From the NCBI RefSeq assembly GCF_002087085.1, contig NZ_MWQY01000009.1:62001-126000 (forward strand): a stretch of DNA of 64,000 nt, in the 5' to 3' direction. Below the pieces are notes generated by a model. The model saw only the letters and a program-made list of their open reading frames with translations, was not told the origin of the DNA and searched no databases. Shown here in pieces: positions 51,932 through 61,400 of this stretch. The stretch's first letter is position 1, and every line of letters begins with the position of its first letter. Made by a program: the position numbers and the translations under genes.

Positions 51932-53470
51932 TTAATCCGCGACGTTGCGTATGACATCGATTATTGTTCCGTCCCGGTATTCCACGAGTCCTACGACCTT
52001 GTCACCGAACTTTATGGGTTCCGGGGTCCCCGCCACCCGTTCGGCCCGTTCCTTCAGTTCCTGAATGGTGTACAGAGGCAGCTTGCTGCCGTGGAAATAG
52101 TCGACCAGGTCCTTGCGCCGGGGATTGATGGCAATTCCCCTGTCGGTAACCAGGATATCCACGCTCTCTCCGGGGGTAACGACAGTCAGGACCCTGTCCA
52201 CAACACTGGAGATCCTTCCCCGGATCAGCGGGGCGACTACCACGGAAAGGCCGGAACCGACGGCGGTATCGGAATGACCACCGGAGGCCCCCATGATGAT
52301 GCCGTCGGAACCGGTAAGCACGTTGACGTTGAAGTTCGTATCGATTTCCAGGGCACTGAGGACCACAACATTCAGCTTGTTTACTGCGCAGCCCTTGTTC
52401 AGGGGGTTCGCGTAGTAGGAGGCGTCGATCTCCGTGTGCATGGGGTTTACGGCGATGGAGTTCACCGCATCCAGATCAAAGCTCTGGACATCCAGCATCC
52501 TCTTTATGAGCCCCTCCTGGTGCATCCTGACTATCTGGCTGGTTATTCCCCCAAGGGCCCAGCTGCAGGTGACCCCGCGCCTGCGCATGTAATCCGAAAG
52601 GTAGCGGGTTGTCGCCAGGGAGGCGCCGCCGGAACCGGTCTGCAGGGAGAAACCGTCTTCAAAATAGGGGGAATAGGCGATTACATCAGCAGCGTTCTGG
52701 GCGATCAGGAGGTCCTTGGGGTTACTGGTTATACGGGTCGCCCCTGTGGCTATGCGGCTTGAGTCCCCCACGGAATCCACGACAACGATATGGTCCACCA
52801 GGTCCTGATCGATACTGAAGGGAGTGTTCGGGTATTCCACCAGATTGTCCGTAATAAGTACGACCCTGGAGGCATGCTTGGCGTCGACAATCGCATAGCC
52901 CAGGGACCCGCAGGCGGATGTCCCGGTAAAGCCGTTGGCATTTCCGTATACATCGCTGGAGGGTACCCCTAAAAACGCGACATCGATCTTTATCTGGCCC
53001 GTCTCCACGGCCCTGGCACGGCCGCCGTGGGAATGAAACAGGACCGGCACATCCATGATTCCAGCGGAGATCTGCTCACCGAGCCTGCTCCTGAGGCCGC
53101 TGGTTATTATGCGGCTTATGACCCTGTTCTTAATATGCGGAAGCAGTTCGTCATGGACAGTCGTCAGGGAAGAACTTGCCAAAGTCAGGTTTTTTATTCC
53201 CAGGTTGGCAATGACATCCAATACCATGTTGACGACCTTGTCGCCGTTGCGGAAATGGTGATGGAACGAGATCGTCATGCCGTCTTTAAGCCCGGTTTTC
53301 AGAACCGCCTGCTCCACCGTATCCAGCAGTTTGTTCAGCCGGGGAAGGTTGCGGTTTCCCTTTTCCTGACGCACCAGCGGGGTATTGGCAAAGGCCCCCT
53401 GGAAGGGTTTCAGCTTTTCACAGCCGGGTATTGAATCCGGGATTTCCCGGCCAATCGCGTTCTCAGACAT
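51932..53470 (-). CDS. citF: Citrate lyase alpha subunit
   Basis: ISFHHHFRNGD, HSHGGR, QTGSGGASL, GASGGHSD. Confidence 0.96.
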   Translation of the reverse strand: MSENAIGREIPDSIPGCEKLKPFQGAFANTPLVRQEKGNRNLPRLNKLLDTVEQAVLKTGLKDGMTISFHHHFRNGDKVVNMVLDVIANLGIKNLTLASSSLTTVHDELLPHIKNRVISRIITSGLRSRLGEQISAGIMDVPVLFHSHGGRARAVETGQIKIDVAFLGVPSSDVYGNANGFTGTSACGSLGYAIVDAKHASRVVLITDNLVEYPNTPFSIDQDLVDHIVVVDSVGDSSRIATGATRITSNPKDLLIAQNAADVIAYSPYFEDGFSLQTGSGGASLATTRYLSDYMRRRGVTCSWALGGITSQIVRMHQEGLIKRMLDVQSFDLDAVNSIAVNPMHTEIDASYYANPLNKGCAVNKLNVVVLSALEIDTNFNVNVLTGSDGIIMGASGGHSDTAVGSGLSVVVAPLIRGRISSVVDRVLTVVTPGESVDILVTDRGIAINPRRKDLVDYFHGSKLPLYTIQELKERAERVAGTPEPIKFGDKVVGLVEYRDGTIIDVIRNVAD

Positions 53471-54359
53471 GTAACTCCTCCTCGGGGATACGCTGGCCCG
53501 AAGCCTTGGCCATTTCGATTACCCGTTCGGCCCGGTCGACCATGGGCTTGTCCACCATCTTGCCGTCCACGGTAATAACACCCGTGTTGCGCTTCTTCGC
53601 TTCCGCAATGCCGCGCATGACCCGGAGGGCGGCCTCAACTTCCGCCTCGGTGGGGGCGAAAACATCGTGGACCGGCCGGATCTGCCGGGGAGATATGATG
53701 GACTTGCCGTCGAAGCCGAGCTGTTTGGCCATGCGGACCTCTTCCACAAAGCCTTCCTCATCGTTCAGGTCGGAAAACACCGTATCCAGGGCATAGATTC
53801 CCGCGGCCCGGGCGGCAGTTACCAGGGCGGAACGGGCATAGAAGATCTCCGAACCTGCCCGGCTCCTGGAGGTTTTCATGTTGGTGACATAATCCTCCGC
53901 TCCAAAGGCAATGCCGATGAGCCGGGAACTTGCGGTGGCTATCTGGTAGGCGTTCAGGATTCCCAGGGGACTTTCGATGGCGGCCATCAGGGCGATGCTG
54001 CCCTCTTCAAGGCCAGCGGCTTTCTCCTCCTGCCGAATAAGCTCCTCCACATCCTGGATGTCCCGGGCGGTCTCGGTCTTGGGAAGCCGGATTATATCGG
54101 GTCCAGCGTTGACCATGGCTTTAATGTCGTCCCGGCCGTAGGGCGAATCCAGGCCGTTGATCCTGACCACCGTTTCTGTGCCTTCGTAGTTCAGGGTGCG
54201 CAGAGCGTGGAAAACCAGGAGCCTGGCGCTGTCTTTTTCGTTTACGGCGATGGAATCTTCCAGATCGAACATTATCGCGTCGGAACGGTATATATGGGCA
54301 TCCTTGACCATGGCGGCATTGCCCCCGGGAACGTACAGCATTGTTCTTCGCAGTTTCAT
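53463..54359 (-). CDS. citE: Citrate lyase beta subunit
   Basis: RRTMLYVPG, DLEDS, VRIN, GFDGK, GKMVD. Confidence 0.96.
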   Translation of the reverse strand: MKLRRTMLYVPGGNAAMVKDAHIYRSDAIMFDLEDSIAVNEKDSARLLVFHALRTLNYEGTETVVRINGLDSPYGRDDIKAMVNAGPDIIRLPKTETARDIQDVEELIRQEEKAAGLEEGSIALMAAIESPLGILNAYQIATASSRLIGIAFGAEDYVTNMKTSRSRAGSEIFYARSALVTAARAAGIYALDTVFSDLNDEEGFVEEVRMAKQLGFDGKSIISPRQIRPVHDVFAPTEAEVEAALRVMRGIAEAKKRNTGVITVDGKMVDKPMVDRAERVIEMAKASGQRIPEEELHV

Positions 54360-54363
54360 AGGC

Positions 54364-54654
54364 TCAGCGTCTCCACCGCATCTGGCTTATGCCCGCGGCA
54401 CGGTATGCTGCCGCTTCCAGGCGGGCCCTGACGGTGCAGTCCAGGGCACCCTTGTCCTGCAGGCTTACATGAACATCCTTTATTCCAAGACCTTCCAGGA
54501 CTTCGTTGACTACGGCGATAATCCGGTTTCCGAACTGCTTTTTTACGATGCTCTCCAGCTCGATCTTTATGCCCGGATCCGTGGGGGGACTGACGGTAAC
54601 AAGAACATCGCTGGACTCCAGAGTCCCGGCAATGCCTTTTTTGGTGATCTTCAC
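54364..54654 (-). CDS. citD: Citrate lyase acyl carrier protein
   Basis: AGTLESSD, DKGALDC...AR. Confidence 0.96.
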   Translation of the reverse strand: MKITKKGIAGTLESSDVLVTVSPPTDPGIKIELESIVKKQFGNRIIAVVNEVLEGLGIKDVHVSLQDKGALDCTVRARLEAAAYRAAGISQMRWRR

Positions 54655-55691
54655 GCAGATCCTCCTTGAAGTTTGTTGCGGATATCCTCCGCTTCCGCGG
54701 AAGTCAGGTATGTGTAGGTACTGGGAGGTACGATTTTCGCCGTCTCTTCTGTTTTACCGGCGGCAATGAGGCGCCGGACCTCGGATGCACTGATGGCAGT
54801 ATTGTCAGATTCCCGGCGCTCAATCTCCACGACATCGAGACGGTATTCCGGCAGGATTTCGTGCATGCTCTGGTTGTAGCGCCTGGTTACCGGGCAGAAG
54901 GGTTCCTGGCCGACATAGCGGCGCCGGATTCCGGCGGCAGGGGCGATTTTCTCCCCAAAGATCGTCAGGTCCAGGCGGGTATGGGCATCGAAAATCTTTC
55001 CCTTGTCCTTGATGAAGTAGCTGGGGAACGTGGCGTTGGAGATAATATAGTCCCCGCCGGGGATCACCCGTACATTCTCAAGGTCCTGCACCCCATCCTC
55101 AATCAGCTTTTTCCGGACGTGAAAGGGAAACACCGAGCGATCCTCCTGAACAACAAATAAAAGAACCAGGGGATTTTCTCCGGCAGCACGTTCCACAAGG
55201 TATCGATGTCCCAGGGTAAAGGGGTTGCAGTTCATTACCAGGGAAGCTGCGGGCAGGCCCATGGGATTGAGCCTGGAGAGTCCGGAAAGAAACAGACTGA
55301 AGTTACGGCTGTTGTCTTCCAGGAGGAGGACCTCCTCCGTGGAGGCTATCTCGGTATATCCCAGGGCGTTGAAATGCGCCCTGTTCTGCGGCAGTGTGTA
55401 AATAAACAGGGAATCGATGCCCCGGTTATGGGCCCGGACCTTCAGATAGGTCAGGACTTTGGCGGTAAGATCTTCGCCCCGGTGCTCCTCATCGACGACG
55501 ACACCTTTTACAACCTTTCCGGAAAGGGATCCGGTGGCCACCATGGTCTCACCGTTGAAGATACCGATGGAATACTCAATATCGTCCTCATAGTCGAGGC
55601 CGTGGCGGGCCAGAAACCTGACCACCTGTTCCCTCTCCGTCGGAACCCGGGGCGACAGGCTCCGGACAATTACATTTGCTCCCCAATCCAT
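54651..55691 (-). CDS. citC: [Citrate lyase] ligase
   Basis: VMNCNPFTLGHRYL, ATFPSYF, RYVGQEP, ISASEVR. Confidence 0.96.
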   Translation of the reverse strand: MDWGANVIVRSLSPRVPTEREQVVRFLARHGLDYEDDIEYSIGIFNGETMVATGSLSGKVVKGVVVDEEHRGEDLTAKVLTYLKVRAHNRGIDSLFIYTLPQNRAHFNALGYTEIASTEEVLLLEDNSRNFSLFLSGLSRLNPMGLPAASLVMNCNPFTLGHRYLVERAAGENPLVLLFVVQEDRSVFPFHVRKKLIEDGVQDLENVRVIPGGDYIISNATFPSYFIKDKGKIFDAHTRLDLTIFGEKIAPAAGIRRRYVGQEPFCPVTRRYNQSMHEILPEYRLDVVEIERRESDNTAISASEVRRLIAAGKTEETAKIVPPSTYTYLTSAEAEDIRNKLQGGSA

Positions 55692-55747
55692 GAGTACAGT
55701 GTGGGGCAGGAAATTTCAGCTGTAAGTAAGAGTATCTTTGATTTCTT

Positions 55748-55765
55748 TGTAGGATTTTTCCTACA
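55748..55765. promoter_or_regulatory. Inverted repeat, candidate response regulator box upstream of citC
   Basis: TGTAGGA-TTTT-TCCTACA. Confidence 0.55.
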
Positions 55766-56404
55766 TCAGCCCATGGGCATCAGCTTGTGCCTGAAGACAT
55801 ACTGGGTAAGCTGAGCATTGTTTTTCAGGTTCATCTTCTCCAGCAGCCGGCTGCGGTAGGTACTTACGGTTTTTACGCTTATGTAGAGTTCGTCGGCAAT
55901 CTCCGAAAGGGTTTTTCCCGATGCTATGGAGAGCATGACCTGGGTTTCCCGTTCAGACAGAAGCTCATGAGGCAGGGCGGTACCGGGGTGCCGGATGGTC
56001 TCCAGCAGAATACTGGAGGTCGTTTCGTTCATGTAATGTTCCCCCCGGGCCACCTGACGCAGTGCCCGGACAAGCTCTTCCGGTGCTGTCGCTTTATTCA
56101 GGCAGCCCGCCGCGCCGAGTCTCAGGGCCCGGGCCGCGTACTGGGTCTCCGGCTGTATGCTCAGCATCAATACAGGCAGGTCGGGGAACTCCTGCTTTAC
56201 CTCCGCCAGGACAATCATTCCGTCCTTGTCCGGCAGGCTTATATCCAGGATAAGAACATCAACGGGGTTCTTTCGCAGCATGGAAAGTACATCGCAGCCC
56301 TTCCCGGTTTCGTATATTCCGGAGACCGAAAGGGACTCTTCCATGAGCTGAATAAGCCCCCGGCGCAGTACCGGGTGGTCGTCTGCTATCAGTACACGCA
56401 GCAT
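55766..56404 (-). CDS. NarL/UvrY(GacA)-type response regulator
   Basis: ADDH, LDISLP, LSERE...ISVKTVSTYRSRL LuxR HTH. Confidence 0.92.
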   Translation of the reverse strand: MLRVLIADDHPVLRRGLIQLMEESLSVSGIYETGKGCDVLSMLRKNPVDVLILDISLPDKDGMIVLAEVKQEFPDLPVLMLSIQPETQYAARALRLGAAGCLNKATAPEELVRALRQVARGEHYMNETTSSILLETIRHPGTALPHELLSERETQVMLSIASGKTLSEIADELYISVKTVSTYRSRLLEKMNLKNNAQLTQYVFRHKLMPMG

Positions 56405-56408
56405 GTCA

Positions 56409-59400
56409 TCATCCTGTTACAGGGACTCTCAGGAAAACGGTGGTTCCCAGGGGAGTGGAATGGATCGATATTTCACCGCCAAGATGCTTGGCCCGTTCCT
56501 GCATACCGATTATACCATAGGATTCAGCGTCGGTAAGTTTGTTTTTCGCCATACCTACTCCGTCATCATGGACAGTCACGTAGAGAATGCCCTCATTAGT
56601 CACAAGGGACAACGAGGCACTGGCAGCGTTTGAATGCCGGACTATATTCGTTACCGTCTCCTGAATAATGCGGAATACCGCCGTGGCCCGCTCCACATTC
56701 ATCTCCGGGGTGGGACCGACGGAACGCTGAAAACGCAGAGACGAATGGCGCTCCGTCTCGTCCAGGAGCCAGTCCACAGCTTCACCGAGGCTGAGATTGT
56801 CCAGGATAACCGGACGCAACCGAGTCGCAAGGTCCTTTGACCAGTCCAGGGTTTCGTTGATAATGCCGAGCATCGATTCGTAGCGGGCCTGACGCTGTTC
56901 AAGCATTGAAGCAGCGTTTCTTGAGAGCCAGAAGATATGCATCTTGAGGGTTGTAAGCAGCTGCCCCAGTTCGTCATGTACATCCCTGGCGATGGCCTTG
57001 CGTTCCTCCTCCCGGATGTCCTGCACATAGTTGGAGAACTGCTGGAGCATGCGGTTCCGCTTATCGAGGCCGGCAATCCGGATCCTGCCGATAACAAAGA
57101 AAACCGAAACAAGCAGCCCCCCCATCAACAGGGCAAAGTACCAGGTCTGGTAAAAGGGGGGTACCACGGTTATTTCGAGATCAGCATAGTTGTTGCTCCA
57201 GACCCCGTTACTGTTGGTGCCCATAACCTGAAGAATGTAGGACCCCGGAGGAAGACTGGAATAGTAGAAGGTGTTCTCTGTCCTCAGATAATGCCAGTCG
57301 GTATCAAAGCCGTTAAGCCTGACGGCATATTTGTTTTTCCCGGAATCGGCATAATCCAGGGATGCAAAGGAGAAACCGATAAAACTGTCCCCGGGATAAA
57401 TGGTCAGACTCTCTGTCAGACAGATATTCCTTTCCAGATAGACCCGGTCCCGCACCGGCAATCCCACCGGGATTTCCTTATTGAACAGGCTGAAGCCGGT
57501 GATCCGGATATCCGGGGAATAGGAGTTGACATGGATTTTTTCCGGATCGAAGCTCAGAAGACCCCGGGCTGTTCCGAACAGAAGGTTTCCATCGGAGCTG
57601 CGAAAATAGGCGTTCCGGCCGAACTGGTTGGAGAGGGTGCCATCGGATCTCCACAAGTTGGTAATCTGCTCGGTTATAAGGTCAAAGCGGGACAAGCCGT
57701 TGGCGGTACTGACCCAGAGGAACCCGCTGTCATCCGGAAGGATACCGAAAACATTGTCGTCGGACAGACCGTCCTGTACCCGGAAAGCATGAAAACTCCC
57801 TTTTTCCCGATCAAAACGGTTTAAACCGCCTCCGGAGGTTCCCACCCAGAGATTCCCTTCGCCGTCCTCGGATATGCAGTTTACGCTGTTGTCGCTGAGG
57901 CTGCGGAGGTCCCCGGGGTCCCGGGTATAATTGCGGAACCGGTCCTCTCCCCGGATCTTCATGCTCAATCCCCCGTCCCAGGTACCTATCCAGAGATTAC
58001 CAGCGGAGTCCTCGTAGAGGGCCCGAATCGAGTTTCCCAGCAGGGATTCCGGGCGACCGGGAATATTCATGAAACGCTCGAATCGGTTCTCTTCAGGAAG
58101 AAACCGGTTCAGTCCGCCTCCTTCGGTCCCGATCCAGAGATACCCCTCCCGGTCCACCTGAAGAGCCCATACTACGTTCGAACTGAGAGCAGAGGGATTA
58201 TCGGGGTCCGCGTAATACCGAAGAAAACGGCCGTCCCTTCTTCTGTACTGCATGAGCCCGTCGCCGTCGCTGCCGATCCAGATATTGCCTTCAGGATCCT
58301 CCGCCAGGGAGTAGAGATGGTTGCTGTTTATGCCCTGCGGGTCACTTTCGGAATGAAGATAGTGGCGTAGAGTCCCCTGCCGGTCCATCCGCAGGAGGCC
58401 CTGGCCGTCGGTGGTTATCCAGAGATCGCCCTCCCCGGATTCGAGAATCTTCCTGACATCGTATCCGCCCTGGAGCAGATAGGTAAAACCCCTGGCCCGG
58501 GGATTATAGCGGTCGACTCCGCCTCCCCTGGTGGCCACCCAGACGATACCGGATTTATCCACATAAATATCTCGGATAAAATCGCTGCTCAGGGAAAAGT
58601 CGTTGTTCTGATCATGGACAACGGTACGGGTCGTGTAGCCTCCGTCCACAAGCACCAGTCCGCTCCGTTCCGTACCTGCCCAGATAGTACCGAAATCGTC
58701 CTCAGCAATGCAGCGTACGCTTTTTTCCCCGAATACCTGCCGGAACGAGGGCTCCCCTGACGCAGAATCGGCGACATAAAGCCCCTCGTTCTCAAGACCC
58801 ACCCAGATCCTTCCCAGGGAATCTTCAAATACCTCCCGGACGGTGGACTTGTCAAAGAAGTTGTTCAGAGAAAACCCGTCCCGGAAGAGGGAAAGCCCTC
58901 CCCCCTGGGTCCCGATCCACATACGATCTCTTGAATCCCCGAGAAGAACCCTGATAACATCACTTTCGAGGCCTTCAATTCCCGAGTGGGAATAGCGGAT
59001 GAATTGTTCCGTTTCCGGTAAAAAGATCGCAATGCCCGCATCCCCGGTTCCGATCCAGATTCGTCCGGCGGAATCCTCTTCCAGACAGAAGACCTTCTGG
59101 CTCGGAAGGGAGTTGGGGTTTCCCGGTTCCGCCTGGTAGACAGAGAAGGAACCGTCGGAAAAGTCATACCGGTTGAGTCCTCCTCCGTCGGTCCCGATCC
59201 AGAGGCGCTGTCTGGAATCCTCGAATATGTCAAAGATAACCGAACCGGAGATACTCTCGGGACGCGCCTGTTCCGGCTTGAAAACCTGAATGTTCCGGCC
59301 GTCGTAGCGATTAAGTCCCGAGAAGGTACCGAACCACATGAAGCCCAGATAATCCTGATAAACCGCGAAAACTGAGTTGTTGGAGAGTCCCTCCCGCAGG

Positions 59401-59492
59401 GAGAGATGGATAAACTGCATTGGCTCCTCGGCATACTGCGGGACCGGTGCCAGCAATACGCCGAGAAGAACCAGAAGCATGGTCTTCTTCAC
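56409..59492 (-). CDS. Sensor histidine kinase with periplasmic beta-propeller and Y_Y_Y domains and HisKA_3 core
   Basis: Many ED..G.lWiGT.gGL repeats; EERKAIARDVHDELGQ; QE..TN..RH; DDGVG. Confidence 0.92.
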   Translation of the reverse strand: MKKTMLLVLLGVLLAPVPQYAEEPMQFIHLSLREGLSNNSVFAVYQDYLGFMWFGTFSGLNRYDGRNIQVFKPEQARPESISGSVIFDIFEDSRQRLWIGTDGGGLNRYDFSDGSFSVYQAEPGNPNSLPSQKVFCLEEDSAGRIWIGTGDAGIAIFLPETEQFIRYSHSGIEGLESDVIRVLLGDSRDRMWIGTQGGGLSLFRDGFSLNNFFDKSTVREVFEDSLGRIWVGLENEGLYVADSASGEPSFRQVFGEKSVRCIAEDDFGTIWAGTERSGLVLVDGGYTTRTVVHDQNNDFSLSSDFIRDIYVDKSGIVWVATRGGGVDRYNPRARGFTYLLQGGYDVRKILESGEGDLWITTDGQGLLRMDRQGTLRHYLHSESDPQGINSNHLYSLAEDPEGNIWIGSDGDGLMQYRRRDGRFLRYYADPDNPSALSSNVVWALQVDREGYLWIGTEGGGLNRFLPEENRFERFMNIPGRPESLLGNSIRALYEDSAGNLWIGTWDGGLSMKIRGEDRFRNYTRDPGDLRSLSDNSVNCISEDGEGNLWVGTSGGGLNRFDREKGSFHAFRVQDGLSDDNVFGILPDDSGFLWVSTANGLSRFDLITEQITNLWRSDGTLSNQFGRNAYFRSSDGNLLFGTARGLLSFDPEKIHVNSYSPDIRITGFSLFNKEIPVGLPVRDRVYLERNICLTESLTIYPGDSFIGFSFASLDYADSGKNKYAVRLNGFDTDWHYLRTENTFYYSSLPPGSYILQVMGTNSNGVWSNNYADLEITVVPPFYQTWYFALLMGGLLVSVFFVIGRIRIAGLDKRNRMLQQFSNYVQDIREEERKAIARDVHDELGQLLTTLKMHIFWLSRNAASMLEQRQARYESMLGIINETLDWSKDLATRLRPVILDNLSLGEAVDWLLDETERHSSLRFQRSVGPTPEMNVERATAVFRIIQETVTNIVRHSNAASASLSLVTNEGILYVTVHDDGVGMAKNKLTDAESYGIIGMQERAKHLGGEISIHSTPLGTTVFLRVPVTG

Positions 59493-59555
59493 GCCTGAAT
59501 AGTATCGTATAATGAGCGGTACTTCAAACAGGAAATGACCGGGAATCCCCGGTTC

Positions 59556-60101
59556 TTACAGCCCTTTCAACGGTGAATGTCCGTGTACGCGGTCTTTCAC
59601 CGCCAGGGTCGTTACGTCGCCCTCGATGTACCGGTTGAAGAGGATATCGTGGCCCAGGCAGAGTCCCATGGTTACCGTAAGATCCGGCCCCGCGGCATTC
59701 AGCTGGGCAGCCTGCCCCAGGGGGTTGCAGGAAACCCCCTTGAGTTCGCTTTTGCTGTTGACCAGGTTCTGCGGCAGGGCACCGACGGTGCAGGATACGG
59801 CCTCGACCTTTGCCCCGGACTCCCTGAGGCGGACGCGGGCACGGGCGGCCTGCTTCTCCATTCCGTAGCAGTAGGCAAGACCGACCTTTTTTAGTCCCTG
59901 GTCGCGGATATATTCAACCAGCTCCTGCACCCTGTCGAGAGTTCCAGCCCTGCCGCCGTCAACAAGGCGGGCAGCGCTTTCCACGATGCTTGCGTTCCGG
60001 TCCTCGCGATAATCACAGACCAGGGAATCCGGGTCGAAGGTTTCCGCTCCGCAGCTCACGGTGCTGCGGCAGGATCTGGCGGTACAGAGGGTGCAGTTCA
60101 C
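59556..60101 (-). CDS. DUF1847-like Cys-rich metal-binding protein
   Basis: CTLC..C, GLAYC, CNPLGQA, GLCLGHD, KDR. Confidence 0.8.
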   Translation of the reverse strand: MNCTLCTARSCRSTVSCGAETFDPDSLVCDYREDRNASIVESAARLVDGGRAGTLDRVQELVEYIRDQGLKKVGLAYCYGMEKQAARARVRLRESGAKVEAVSCTVGALPQNLVNSKSELKGVSCNPLGQAAQLNAAGPDLTVTMGLCLGHDILFNRYIEGDVTTLAVKDRVHGHSPLKGL

Positions 60102-60116
60102 AGCAGGCCTCCCTGC

Positions 60117-61400
60117 TTATTCCATCTCTTTGGTAACCGCAATGGCTGCTATTGTGCCGTCGGAAACCGCGGTGGTTATCTGCCGGTAGCGTTTGGATTT
60201 AACGTCTCCCGCAGCGAAAACCCCGGGAAGGTTTGTACGCATCTCCTCGTCGGTCTGCAGGTACCCCCACTGGTCCAGTTTCAGCCGGTCGTCGAACATC
60301 TCTATATTGGGCATAAAGCCTACGAAAACAAAAATTCCGTTGGTCCGGACCTCCCTGCGCTCCCCGGTCTTGAGATCTTCCACAACGACTCCCATATCCA
60401 TGCTGCCGTACTTCCTGAACTCCCTCGGTTCATGCTCGAACAGGAACTCGATTGCCGGATCGGCAAAGGCCTTCTCCTGAGCCTCCCTGTTGGCCTGCAA
60501 ATGGTCGAACTGGTGTACCACGGTGATCTTTTTGGCGAATTTGCTGATAAACAGGCTCTCTTCGATGGCGGAGTTGCCGCCCCCGATAACCACAACCTCT
60601 TTATCCTGGAAATACTTGGCGTCGCAGGTGGCGCAGTAGGAGATACCGTTTCCGGCGTATTCCTGCTCTCCGGGAACACCCAGGGGCCGCGGCCGGGAGC
60701 CGGTGGCAATGACCAGCTTCCGGGCTTTGATGGTCTCGTAGCCGTCTATTTTGAGACACCTGCAGTCCAGATCCACGTAGTCGATCTCCACTGCCGCCCG
60801 GAACTCGACACCGTTGGCTTTAGCCTGCTCACTCATATAATGGGAAAGCATGTAGCCGTTCTGAGCCTCCACAAAGCCCGGGTAGTTGGAAACCTGGTGG
60901 GTAGTGGCAACGTAGCCGCCGGGAAGGGCTATATCCACGAGGATGGTCTTTAACCTGGCCTGGGCGAGATAAACACCTGCGGTAAGACCCGCGGGGCCGC
61001 CGCCGAGGACGACCACGTCCGTTTCGGTGGTCTTCTCTTCAATCTTAGCGCGGATCTCTTTTACCTTTTCCTCCGGCAGCAGGGCGTCGAGGTTCCGCAT
61101 GATGTCGGACCGCTTGATTCCCCCCGCAAGCCTGTCTCCAACGATCTCCCCGTCTTTATAAAAAAGCAGAGTGGGTGATCCGGTAACATCCAGCTTCTTT
61201 GCGAGTTCACGGTTTTCCTGACGGAATATCTTTACAAAAGCCACATCGTCCCCATACAGCTCGCTTAAGGGTTCGAATTTGGTAGCCAGCGCCTCACAGG
61301 GAGGGCATTCCGTGGAATAAAAGTCCAGTACCGCCAGCGGTTTGTTCAGTACCGCCGCCTCATACTGGTCCTGATTGATCTCTGTAATTTTTCCAGCCAT
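60117..61400 (-). CDS. Thioredoxin / thioredoxin reductase fusion
   Basis: N-terminal DFYSTECPPC; GGGPAG, NYPG, ATGS, CATCD, GGGNSA, AAGD; ATG overlaps the rSAM stop (TAATG). Confidence 0.92.
   Translation of the reverse strand: MAGKITEINQDQYEAAVLNKPLAVLDFYSTECPPCEALATKFEPLSELYGDDVAFVKIFRQENRELAKKLDVTGSPTLLFYKDGEIVGDRLAGGIKRSDIMRNLDALLPEEKVKEIRAKIEEKTTETDVVVLGGGPAGLTAGVYLAQARLKTILVDIALPGGYVATTHQVSNYPGFVEAQNGYMLSHYMSEQAKANGVEFRAAVEIDYVDLDCRCLKIDGYETIKARKLVIATGSRPRPLGVPGEQEYAGNGISYCATCDAKYFQDKEVVVIGGGNSAIEESLFISKFAKKITVVHQFDHLQANREAQEKAFADPAIEFLFEHEPREFRKYGSMDMGVVVEDLKTGERREVRTNGIFVFVGFMPNIEMFDDRLKLDQWGYLQTDEEMRTNLPGVFAAGDVKSKRYRQITTAVSDGTIAAIAVTKEME

Noticed and set aside
50957..52762. 601-aa plus-strand ORF
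   Set aside because: Antisense shadow of tctC and citF with no recognisable motifs
57600..59400. Recurrent ATCCAGA/CCCAGA DNA motifs suggesting a repeat array or CRISPR
   Set aside because: They are the coding (L/I)W(I/V)G repeats of the sensor beta-propeller; no CRISPR array or cas genes seen in the window
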